Part shown: positions 1-10,748 of the stretch, in pieces
Layout: each line of letters starts with the position of its first letter
Position numbering within the stretch: the first letter of the stretch is position 1
Assembly (NCBI RefSeq): GCF_040938485.1
Contig: NW_027271282.1
Span: 62,001-126,000, forward strand
Reading direction: 5' to 3'
DNA: 64,000 bases
Source: Diadema antillarum
Lineage: Eukaryota
Made by a program: the position numbers and the translations under genes
Notes under the pieces: model-generated
Seen by the model: only the letters and a program-made list of their open reading frames with translations
Told to the model about the DNA's origin: nothing
Database searches by the model: none

Positions 1-300
1 GCTTTTCAATTATGTCAATGTAACTAATGATCAGCATTAAAGGACATCTGAACAAAGATGATTGGCAAAGAACCGAAGGGGCAGAAAGAGACGAGGATGT
101 CAACGACGAATAAGAATAGATAGAAGAAGGAGAAGAAGGGAAGGAGGAGAAGAATACGAAGACAAAAAAATGTACAAATGAGTAAATTCGTTGCATTTGA
201 AAGGGAAGTAACAGACAGGATAAAAAGTAAAAGGAATGAAAGAAAAGGTTGGATCAGAAAAAAACTTAAACAGGAAGTAGGGAGAAAAAGATCGAGAAGA

Positions 301-446
301 CTATACCCCTTCAGAAGATGGTACTTTTCTCTTATTCATCACCACAGTCGCACAGGTCATCATCGATATGAGTAACACGACTACGAGCAGGGCGTACGTG
401 GTCGATGGCTGCTGAAGAACTCCTCGACGGAGACCAGCAATTGGAC
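301..446 (-). CDS. Paralog A terminal exon: juxtamembrane linker, TM helix, short tail (PIAGLRRGVLQQPSTTYALLVVVLLISMMTCATVVMNKRKVPSSEGV*)
   Basis: Acceptor tttcacag|GT at 447/446; hydrophobic run followed by KRK; stop TAG at 301-303; homologous exons at 37126-37262 and 52199-52335. Confidence 0.85.
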
Positions 447-1003
447 CTGTGAAAAAAAGAAAAAAAAGACTACATTTCTTTTAAGACAGAGTACAGTTTA
501 ACAAAAAAAAAAACACACATCGAAGGTTTAAACAACCACCGACCACACTATGATGCCATATACATTTTATCATTAACTTTTCCAATGTTCATGTATTGCT
601 ATTTCAAGTACTATATATGTATAAACGTATTCAATGTGATAAGCGTGATGAAACGTACGTCAAGTCGGCAGCTGTTAAAGATTATGTTTGCCTGGTCATT
701 TAGGAGTGTTTAAGTTCAAATTTGAATATGATTAGAAATAAAGTGGCAATAATAGCTCCATGTAGCAAGCAGCGACGAAGGTATCATTCATGCTAAACAG
801 TATTTCACATTGCACATTTTGTCAACAAAACACAAAGTTTTTCCTCTTTTTTAAAACATGATGGTGCGGTAAAAGGCATCACATGCCAAGTACAAAATTC
901 CCTTCTGAGCACAAGCAACTTCAAATTTCATCGAAATGTTTACGCTTGCTCAAATAAGGTCGGAAGAAGGAGGAAAATCGCTATACAAAGTATAGATACA
1001 TAC

Positions 1004-1303
1004 CTTTCTCCGAGCCGAAAGTCGGACAATGCTCGAGACTTGAGAAAGTCCAACCAATCCCGTTCGTCCCCGAGCACGTGACATTGATGCATCCGTCGTG
1101 TGGGCGTGGTCTGAAGAGAGCTGAGGCGCAACTAGACGTGGAGAGCGTTGCGTTATCGACTTCGATGGTGTATGTGTGAAGGTGTGGGAACGGCTGGTCA
1201 TCAAGACTAACGTGACACGTTATGACGAGAATGACCTGACCGCCTTCTCCAGTGATCTCCTGGGTCTCGATGGAGAGAATGTTACTCGCTGGGGGCGCTT
1301 GCC
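1004..1303 (-). CDS. Paralog A exon Y2: atypical Ig-like domain (QAPPASNILSI...ITC...CINVTCSGTNGIG...HC)
   Basis: tttag acceptor and G|gtatgt donor; 300 nt, phase 1-1; inside ORF 981..1322; conserved in B and C. Confidence 0.85.
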
Positions 1304-2056
1304 CTAAAAAACAAACAAACATGAAATCACTACATTTACCTTTGTTTAATTATGTCTTATATTTCCAGATAATTTGCATTCTCTGCCATCATGAGCATCA
1401 TCGAAAAACTGAATGCGATATTGAGGAATGGGGTTATGTGTTCACGTTTCCTATAGATCGAGTAACAAGGCGGGCAGCGGCATCTGGAATTATTTGAAGC
1501 TTTGAGACCTGCTTGTCTTGATGGGCAATGGGAAGACTGCCCAGAATTGATGTGACAAGGGCATTGACCATGCATTTGTGGGTTCATTGACGAAACAACG
1601 AAGCGTTCATCCACCATTTCACGTATTTTGCTGCTGGATTAGAGATAATAACACATTGTACTTTTAGTGTCACATTGTACTTTACTTTGTTTATATTATG
1701 CGATATATTGTATACTTTCGTCGGACATGAAATAAATGAAATGAAATGAAATAAGAACTTCTGGTAAATTCATTTCAACGATTCGATTTCTTTCAACTAA
1801 TGGCATAAAAATCTTCTAAAGCGGAGTACAATAGAAGTTGATTATTATCATCTAATTTTTGGGGGAGGACTTGAAATTAACATCAGAATTTAGAGCTGAG
1901 GGTGCTTGATGTAATCTTGATTACAGGAAAAAAAATGTTAATAGAGATGCATGTATTTGGAATGAGGAATTGGCAGAACACATATGGCCGATATTAATTG
2001 CATAGAAATTAATTCCATTTTTTAAGTCCTTCTTCCTCTACGCACAAGATATTTAC

Positions 2057-2335
2057 CTGCTCTTTCCGGGCAGTAATTCTCCGTCGAAACAGTCTTTCCG
2101 TATCGATTTATACCGGTACACGATATAGCGATACATCTGTTTGGGCGATCTTCCATCATCGTCGAAGACGTGCTGGATCTTGATAGAATGTCTCCATCAG
2201 CAGCGATTTCAAACACACTGATCGGTGGAAACGGTTGATCGCTCGGATCTACGTGACACGAGATATTAAGATTTGTCCTCCAGTCATCCTCGTCTTCCGC
2301 GAACTTGATAGAGATGATGTTATGCGCAGGTGGGT
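2057..2335 (-). CDS. Paralog A exon X2: atypical Ig-like domain (DPPAHNIISIKF...ISC...CIAISCTGINRYG...NYC)
   Basis: gtcag acceptor and G|gtaaat donor; 279 nt, phase 1-1; ORF 2022..2378; homolog at 54134-54412. Confidence 0.85.
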
Positions 2336-3119
2336 CTGACGACAACAAAAAGATACAAAAAACAACATGGAAGTACACATTAAAACATGACAGGGGAAAG
2401 GCAAGACTTTGTCAAGACTTAATCTTGAATAAATTAAAGGTCCTGTTTACCTTTGGGAGCAGTGATATTAAAAAAGATATCACATTTGATGCGTATGTGT
2501 AGGTCTGTAGTATTAAAAATATCCTACCTTGCAAAATTATCGCAATAAAGCTTAAATATAAGACGATATCAGTGTATTTCTCAATAAACCGTAACTGCAG
2601 ACGGTTTAGTCTGGAAACATGTTTATTATAACTATTGTTCACGTTTGTGTATTTAACAACACTCAACATCGATTATAGAGATTCAAATTTTGACAGTGGT
2701 TGTTTCTATCCCTAACTCACATTTTAGAACTATTCTAAAGCACTAATGCCGGGTTTTGTTTCATCTGCAAATGGTAAATTATGCCTTTGATACAAACATT
2801 AATATTGAAAAACACTGATGTGAAGGAAGAAGTTTTTCTCCAGTGAAACCAAGGCTCGTTGGAATAATTACATATTCTATTGGTATCTTAATTAATATAA
2901 CAATAGTAACTTTAACATAAAAACACAGAAATGTATAACTGTAACAACAGTGTTGTGATAATGATAAAGACTGATGATAACAACAATAGTAATATCTTGT
3001 AAAATAAAGCAAAAGGGCATTGACTTCGAATGCAAAAATATAATTATTCAGAAAAGAAAAATCTGCTCTGATTTAATCGTGAAAAGCCCACTGTGTTGTC
3101 AGCGGTCTACTTAAATGGG

Positions 3120-4290
3120 ACAGTGCACTCCCATTACAACGAACACGGTTATAACGAAATTTTGTTACAACAAAGTAAGAATTCAGGTCCAAAAATTATC
3201 ATCATTAAAGTATATGGTGCAAAATTATTCGCTTATAACGGATACAGTTATAACGAAATTTTCGTCATAACAAAGTCGTTTTCAAGCTCCATTGACAAAG
3301 AAAGTCAAAAGAAATGTGTCTCATTAAAACGAAATGCAGATCGCTTACGAAATTACACATCGTATTTGCATGAACAAACGCTTCACATTTCAGTGTTCTT
3401 AAGTAGAAATCACTCTCTTCGTTCGCTCCCGATTTCACACTCTGTTACCGAGGAGAACCTGCGTTATGACATTTTAATCCGAAATGAAATAAGGTTCGTT
3501 ATTCCTAAGGTTCACGAATTCCGTACACCTAAATGACCGTAAATGCGACAATGAAATAGAATTCGTTATTACAAACCGTGCGGCGTTATAGCGGAAGTTT
3601 GTTATTTCTAAGTTTTGCTGATCAAAAAATGAAATAAGAATAGTTACTTACGAAGGTTTGTTAATCCAAAAATTATATAGGAACCTTCGTTATTAGTACT
3701 GTTCGCTAATCGGAGAAGGAAATAAGGTTCGTTAATCCGAAAGTGAACAAAAAAGGTGAGTATACTAGCATGCCTTCGGAATGACAACACTTATATCGCA
3801 TTCAGATTAATGAACATTCGGAATAACGAACCATTTTTTATCGTAAGATAAACGAACCTCCGGAATAATCAGCCGCCTTTCATTGCTGGATTAACGAGAC
3901 TTGGGGATAATGAATCTTGACGATAGTGAACCTTCGGAATAATGAGCCTTCGAAATGAGGAGCCCTCGGAATAACTAACCTTTGGAATCACTGTAACCAA
4001 ATCCCATAAATCTCCACTTTTCATATATGGTTCATAACATAAGCATGAAAATACATACAACTTTATGCTCTCTCTTAAAGGGAACATTATTGATCGAAAT
4101 CAAAGAGATAACATGGCATTTAACATTGCTTTTCAAAGTATGATGCGTATCCACCAAACAACGTACAATACACGGAGGGCTCGCGTGTTTTCGTCATACT
4201 CCTGTATTTGTTCGATTATAACGAATTTACAATATAACGACAGAAAACCGCTGGTCCCGAGGACGTCGTTATAACGGGATTGTACTGCAT
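3120..4290. mobile_element. Degenerate nested non-autonomous DNA-transposon fragments in an intron (outer pogo/Tc1-like termini; inner element with tandem cttcggaataacgaac motifs)
   Basis: Left cagtgcactcccattacaacga and right tcgttataacgggattgtactg are imperfect inverted termini; same block at ~55200-56285 in C. Confidence 0.45.
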
Positions 4291-4499
4291 TCCATCATTA
4301 TTACGCTATTGCCAATAAGAAATCTCGCAGGAACAGAGCACATCTAGAACATGATATTCTACAGGTTAATTTTTATCGTCTGTGCTCTCATATCCTTTAC
4401 TGAAGAGAGACGCCCTTTCTTACGGATATAGAATAATGTTATTAAGAAAAAAATGAAGAAAGGGACTTAGAAGGATCTAATAAGTTTCTCAAGGATTAC

Positions 4500-4790
4500 C
4501 TTTTGGACAGTGTGTTGCCCACGCAGAGGTGATCCCAACGCCGTTAGTCGCTGAACACGTGACGTTGACACACCTGTTTGGTCGTGGCCTGTGGACGGCC
4601 GAAGCCCAGCTAGTTGTAGACAGGACGGTCCCATCAACTCCAATCGTGTAAGAATAGAGGTACGGATAAGGCTGGTCGGTCAGGTTTGCTCGGCACAGTA
4701 TTAGCAGATTCATCAGGCGATCTTTGGTTTGGAATTCCAGAGTTTCGATGGACAAAATGTCAGCTGCTGGAGGGTGGCCGCTGTCTCCTC
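4500..4790 (-). CDS. Paralog A exon Y1: atypical Ig-like domain (HPPAADILSIE...LILC...CVNVTCSATNGVG...HC)
   Basis: tctcag acceptor and G|gtaatc donor; 291 nt, phase 1-1; ORF 4489..4833. Confidence 0.85.
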
Positions 4791-5317
4791 CTGAGATTGA
4801 CAGGTTGATGAGCGAATTAAGACGTGCTGACATTAGATATTAGGGTGAGGCTCATCATGAGAGCTTTTCTCGTTAAAAGAGTAAAACCTGTAATATCAGT
4901 GATATTCCCTTTGATAATAAGGTCATATAGGAAATTCGTAAAAAAAGTAGTCATACATGTTATATTGGCCATACTCGTAAGAATTGAAAATACTACAATT
5001 TATATAAGTTCAGATATAAAAGCTCTATATGTAGACGGATAAAGCTTGACAAATGAGTTTGTACGTTGCAAATATTTTTTTTCATAAATTCATTAAACAA
5101 TAATTTGAAGTGAAACTGAATTTTTCTTGTAATAATCACATGTCAGTTGGTATCCATCAGCACGGAAAGCTTCAACCCTTTAATAAAGGGTTAAAGCACC
5201 GTCATAATATGTGCTTTAAGAATAATAATTGACAGAGAAAAGCCCAAAGCGTTGCACACGTTCTTCAAAGTCCCATGGACATTATAAAGGGATAAACTTC
5301 ACAAATTAACGTCTTAC

Positions 5318-5599
5318 CATCGCTTCTTGGACAGTAGTTCTCTGTAGTGATCGTCCTACCGATGTCGTTGATACCGGTGCAGGAGATTTCAACGCATTCA
5401 CTCGGAATGGACTCAAGAGTCACGGACGGGGAGCCTGAAGAAGACTTGATGACGTCATCAATTGCAATCTCGTATTTTCCCATTGATGGAAATGGCTGAT
5501 CACGTGGGTTGACGAGGCACGTGATTTTAAGGCCATCTGTTTCTTGTCCGTCCTCGTTGTCAGCGATCTTGATCCCAATGATATCGTCTGCTGGAGCGT
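5318..5599 (-). CDS. Paralog A exon X1: atypical Ig-like domain (DAPADDIIGIKI...ITC...CVEISCTGINDIG...NYC)
   Basis: gacag acceptor and G|gtaaga donor; 282 nt, phase 1-1; ORF 5265..5606. Confidence 0.85.
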
Positions 5600-5919
5600 C
5601 TGTCACGTGACGAACGTTTAATAGGCAACAGAAATTTCTTCAGATTAAGAAAAAAAAATCATCACGATGACGAGGAATTGAAATATCAAAAGTTAAAGAT
5701 GTCAAGCAAAAGTCGCATTCTATGATTAAATTGACAAAATCACTCTGCTAATGTAATATGCATTACGAAATTAGATACAAGGCTTAAAACGAAATTAAAA
5801 GTGCTCTGCACATTGCACTTAATTCAATGGCATTGCATATTGTTTTTAAGATTCATGCCCATGCGTTTTGGTGTCTAAAAACAAATTTGAAAGCACTAAC
5901 CATGTAATCGTTTGATCAG

Positions 5920-6205
5920 GTCACCCCACTGCTTCAAGCGGGATCACCCTACAAGACCGACATCCACGAGTCATACAGCTAACGAGTTCGACATTAAAGG
6001 TTCATGACTCATGCAGTCCACGAGTCAGACAGACCACGAGTTCGACAGTAGGTAAAAACAACCCACGAGTTCGATAGATAGAACACGGAGCTTAATGTAT
6101 TGGTCTCGTGGGCCTTGTTTGCTTATTGTCGAACTCGGTGGCTGTATGACTGGTGGGCTGTCATACTCGTGGGCTGTATGACACGAAACTGTCGGTCTGG
6201 TGACG
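5920..6205. repeat. Small MITE-like element with inverted subterminal repeats
   Basis: Several ccacgagt(t)c copies on the left are mirrored by (ga)ctcgtggg on the right; gtcacc...agaccgaca versus tgtcggtctggtgac at the ends. Confidence 0.45.
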
Positions 6206-6799
6206 TGCATCCCTTCAAACATACCATGTTGAATGCATATGAAACGTAAGTGGATGAGTATCTTACACAATTAGCAGAGAAAAACCTATATTAACATACA
6301 CTGTGAATGTAACTAATGTTTTGAGTTTCAACTTCTATGCCTCGGAAAGCACCAGCGTAGATGATTTTCAGCTTTGTAAAAAGTGCTTATCGTGGGAGTG
6401 AAAATGGATTCCAGAATCGATAAAGCTGACGAACAAGTCTGATTTCCATAGTGTCTTGCTAGACCTTCTGCAATGGCAAGAAGTTAATTTTTACATCAAA
6501 GTGTTTTCTTTCCACTTACAGAAGAATGTGGATTTTTGCTTCTGTATGCCTTGTTATCGTAGATATTCCGGATCAAGTTATATAACCTGAGGAATCTTAT
6601 GTGATCATGACGTCATCACATCGTATGACGTACTCATTATGCCTACCAACCAGCTTCACTGAGCACTTGCTCTCATTAAATTCACGAAGTGGAGAGGGTG
6701 GTGAACATAATGGACATAGAAAATCATGACGTCATTATGACTCGCACGCAGGTCCTACTGGAGTAGGTACTCAACAAAAGTGTATACACATGTACTTAC

Positions 6800-6988
6800 G
6801 CTGCACTTGCAAGTTTCGGGACCTTTCGCTGCCGATGAGATGACACTGAAGGACGCCCCCATTGTCAGCTGCAGTTGGAGTCAAGGTCAGCTCGCTACGA
6901 ACGTTGTAATATGTGTAATAATTGAAAGCGTAGGCGAGACCAGAGCTGAGAGACGCGTTTGCATATGTAGCAACAGCATTATCGCTTC
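6800..6988 (-). CDS. Paralog A exon: C-terminal half (E-F-G strands) of a C2-set Ig domain (YNVRSELTLTPTAADNGGVLQCHL)
   Basis: aag acceptor and C|gtaagt donor; 189 nt, phase 1-1; S-x-L-T-L-T-P-T-x-x-D-N-G-x-x-L-x-C is the nephrin/CD80-like E-F motif; only one Cys. Confidence 0.8.
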
Positions 6989-7584
6989 CTTTACATGAGA
7001 AACAGCAGAAAACATAAAATCCCCAAAAAAAGAAAGGAGTTTTGATTACGTTTATAGATAATCTTGTATGATACGTATCAGAAAGTTTGAGCAACGAATA
7101 TTAATCAAAGCATACAGATTTTGAACAAAATCTTTAACGAGTCATAGAATTAATTTTGAGAAACATGCTATTGGGTCTCGCATATCCTCTTCAGTGTATT
7201 TCCTTTTTTTTTTTTTTTACTTGCAACGACATGTAGTTTTCAGAATGTTACTCCTTGATTGTTTTTGTTGTATTTGTTATTGTTTAAGATCAATAAAACT
7301 CTTCGTGTCACCGTTCAAATAAAAAATCTAGTTCAATTTGAATATAAGAAATCATTTCTTAATTTGCGATAGTTTGAAATAGGCTTGTCTTTTCGATTTT
7401 TTTTTTTGGCTTTCTTTGAGAGGATTTCATTTTTTTTTGGATAAATAATTGATTGTAATAAATCAGACACTATCGCGGTTACCAAAATGATGATTTAAAA
7501 AGGTCATTATCATTTAAAATTCAGATGTGAGTCATTCTACCTCGCTATGCATGCAGTCATGAAATAGTAATAGTGCAAACTTAC

Positions 7585-7893
7585 GGTCTCCTTCACACCT
7601 CACTCCGGCGTCTTCACCATGACGACAGTTTTCACATCCCCATGGCAGATGAGGGCAATCAATCAGAGAGTTTTCAGTTCCTGCACAGGCAACCTCGTCA
7701 AGCCAGATAGGTCCAGATCCCTGCCCAAAGTGGGCGTTACCAAAATGGTTTGAGGCGGATGAGTAGCCAAGCTCTCTGCAAACGGCGTGCGCGTCGTTGA
7801 TATCCCAGCCATCGTCACACACCGTGCCCCACTGCCCGTTGCACGATATCTCAACTCGCCCCTCCCTTTCGCTCGAGCCGCCAGTCAGTCTCA
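7585..7893 (-). CDS. Paralog A exon: scavenger receptor cysteine-rich (SRCR) domain
   Basis: VRLxGG...EGRVEI...WGTVCDDGW...VCRELG...FGQGSGPIWLD.V.C.G.E..L..C...WG..NC.H.EDAGV.C; tacag acceptor and C|gtaagt donor; 309 nt. Confidence 0.95.
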
Positions 7894-8805
7894 CTGTAAT
7901 AACACCACATTCGTAATATACTACAAATGCACACAACACTCAAAACCAAACAAAACTCCTCAAACACACAAACACCCCTCCCCACACAAATTCATTTAGC
8001 AGGACAAGGTTTGCTAATCATTTTCATGTTTCTTGAATATGAGCATATTCATACATAGGGCCGCTGTTATCAGATCATATCATACACGTGTAAAGTAACA
8101 TTGACAAGTTTTTTTGATACTTAGACGTCAATACATTATACATTTTGCAGAAGGGTTGTGTATCAAGTGAAAGTATTTTGAACAAATATTGTTTTCTGTA
8201 CACCCATTATATTTGACAGCGTCGTCCGAAATGATGATAGAATTTAATTTACTTTAATTTACTTTACTATTACATTGTGGGTAGGCCTGGTTCGAGAAAA
8301 GACAAGGACTTCAGGCCCTACCATTGATGAAAACAGAGGATTCTGGCCTCTGTTAGCGGGCAAAAGTGTTTTCCTGAACAAGGCACAGCAAAACAAAACA
8401 GGAGGAAACGTCACTTGCCACCAGCGACCCAACCAAAGAGAACTACCAACATGCCGACTGCCTTTCTTCATTTGCACTTTCCACGTTGAATCGTTTTATA
8501 ATGATGATATTTTCTGTATGGAAATATTGCTACCTTCGTTACAATTTCACAATGTCGTGGAAGAACAAAACGAGTACTAGACAGTACTAGTAATTAGGAA
8601 ATAGATCCACGAACATTCAACGGTTTGGGTTAAAATTCAGACATTGTCAGATGAATGTATGATTGTGTGTCGACGCACACACATTGGTGTCTTCTTTAAC
8701 TCTACAACACTTGTCTTCATTGTGTGTGTGTGTGTGCGCGCGCGCTCATTGTGTGTATCTGTGTCTGTGTATATTCGAACATTTTCAAAAGCTGCATGTA
8801 CTCAC

Positions 8806-8916
8806 CAGCGAATCCGGAACATGCACTCCCGCAAGTATCACCGCAGTTATAATAATGTGTCCACTGTACTCCTTGACTTGGTCTGCCGCTATCCGCCAGA
8901 GTTGCTTTACCCGTCA
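8806..8916 (-). CDS. Candidate Cys-rich micro-exon of paralog A (TGKATLADSGRPSQGVQWTHYYNCGDTCGSACSGFA)
   Basis: Strong G|gtgagt donor shared with B (43394); phase 1-1 is possible from a gacag acceptor with a poor pyrimidine tract; the first half is not in the same frame as in B. Confidence 0.35.
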
Positions 8917-10107
8917 CTGTCCTTTATGTGTCATGCTTCATCATATACATTGACGATATATATCAGTGGGTGAAAACAAAGGCTGGGATGAAATCTTCCT
9001 CAATACTTTATTGAAATAACAGGAATGTGAGAAAATGACCTAAGGCATAAACATCAGAACAGCAGTCAAACACCCTCTTTATCACTTCCGTCTGACTATG
9101 ATTCAACACCTCCTGGTAAAATCAGTCAGTGGTCAGAAACCATGTCTTTATGCTTTTGTTCGAACCAGTGATCATGATTTTCAGCATTCTTCTACCCCTT
9201 TAGCAAAACTTACGAGATTAACGTGATAAATCGGATCAAATTAAAAATACATCCTATTGGTTGAAAGGGAAGAAAATACACCTTCATAGATGATTTTAAT
9301 GTGACGATCATCTGAATAATATTCTTTGTGTCCACCAAAAGTTGTTGTCATCCTTACGTTCCGTATCATTTCTCAGCATCTACATACTGAACACTCTCTA
9401 ATTTCTAGGAAGTAACTCGAGTGCGGACCTTCTACTCACACACGTAGAGTAGACGTTACGTCATTCAGTGCATTCGTCTTACAGCACTTTCTGCCCCTGG
9501 ATATAAAAAGTGAGTCATTAACACAAAACTACACTTCTGTAGAAGTTATTTCAGCTGGGGTAAAATTGATAAGGAATCAAACACGGTGGCTTGTCTGTAG
9601 CTTTAGAAAATGCTTACTTTAACTAGTGTTAAAAGGCTACTCTTCGCGATTTACATCACAGTCGGCAAAAGTTCACATCCGTTTCGAAAGTCCTTTGCTC
9701 TTGCCTTTGCGTCTTCCATGTGGTAAATATCTTTGTCACCAAACATATTTCAACCAATCAAAACTCTGTTGTCTTCTAAGGAGATTGCACATACAAATAT
9801 ATGCTCCTCAATAAGTACATCATGTTATTTCTTGCCTATCTGCTTACTTTCGCCTGTGCAGAGATCTTTTTGGACCTCGAAACTATACGTTTGCACCATG
9901 TACAAGATTACCAATTATAACCCTTACAGCCATAGGGCAGAAATTTTGTGCCTTTCTACTTAAGTGATTTCCATTTTGTGCACACTTCGGCCTGTCTTTA
10001 AGGTACTTTATAGTTTTTATATAGTCATAAACCTTCACGGCATACTATTCATTGGCTATTCTATATTTCAATTTTATGTTACTATTTTTTGCGGTCAGCC
10101 TACTCAC

Positions 10108-10283
10108 AGTACTACCGGTTCGGCTGACTTCGCTGGTAGTGGTGAAGCCGTCTGTGATTTGGACGCCATTCAAATACCAGCTTAGAATAGCCGAGCCGTA
10201 GACGTCATTTCCGGAGCACACTGCCGTGACTTCACGGCCAGCCCGGAGAGGAGAGGCTACCTTGAGGTTCATCGTCATGGCAG
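10108..10283 (-). CDS. Paralog A exon: N-terminal half (A-B-C strands) of a C2-set Ig domain (AGREVTAVCSG...AILSWYLNGVQI)
   Basis: ctttcag acceptor, phase 1; Ig B-strand Cys and C-strand Trp. The donor is uncertain: gtgagt after 10108 (phase 0), gtagta after 10116 or gtaggc after 10104 (both phase 1). Confidence 0.75.
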
Positions 10284-10687
10284 CTGAAAGAACAATACCA
10301 GAAAATAGGGAGGTTGATGCCGAAACATGAATAAATAATTATAGACGTAAATCTAATACATGTAACCATTGTCTCGTTTCCTATACATTACACACAACAA
10401 CTGAGGAAGTAGGAAATGGCTAGAATAATTGAGCAATTGAGAAGGACAAGGGAGTATCAATAGTTATCTATGTACCGTCTAAGATTCTGAGATTGATATT
10501 AAAAAAAGCTTATATCACAACCAACAAAGCCAACGATTTTCCCTTATCTTCACAGTTTCCCACTTATCACATTCATGGCATTACTATTTCTTACGTTATG
10601 TCTATAATGATTCTTCCAATCTACGGAAGATTATAATGATGTAGTAATGTAGAATAGTTAGCAGTCTGAAACTGCCGTGCTCCTTAC

Positions 10688-10748
10688 CACCATGATGAAT
10701 ATTTATGAGAAGAATCCCGACCTGAACCAACGCTCGGTAGTCAATCAT
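10688..10748 (-). CDS. Paralog A first coding exon: signal peptide (MIDYRALVQVGILLINIHHG)
   Basis: AAAATG start, hydrophobic core, G|gtaagg donor; an upstream ttcattcagcag acceptor implies a non-coding exon further 5'; homolog at 47115-47175. Confidence 0.75.

Noticed and set aside
3093-3536. 147-aa + strand ORF, repeated at 55175..55618
   Set aside because: It lies over degenerate DNA-transposon repeats in an intron and has no recognisable motif; recent A/C duplication explains the conservation.
5960-6200. CRISPR-like array of short repeats
   Set aside because: Repeats are inverted between the two halves, short and irregular, in eukaryotic DNA with no cas genes; they are MITE subterminal repeats.
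9620-9790. Extra exon in the block conserved between A and B
   Set aside because: All frames from the nearest acceptor hit stops, and the A donor gtaagc is absent in B.
10090-10115. TVSRLT after the Ig N-half as a true E strand of a complete Ig
   Set aside because: The frame ends at ANE* in both A and B with no F-strand Cys, and it overlaps a strong gtgagt donor; kept only as a caveat to the split-Ig model.
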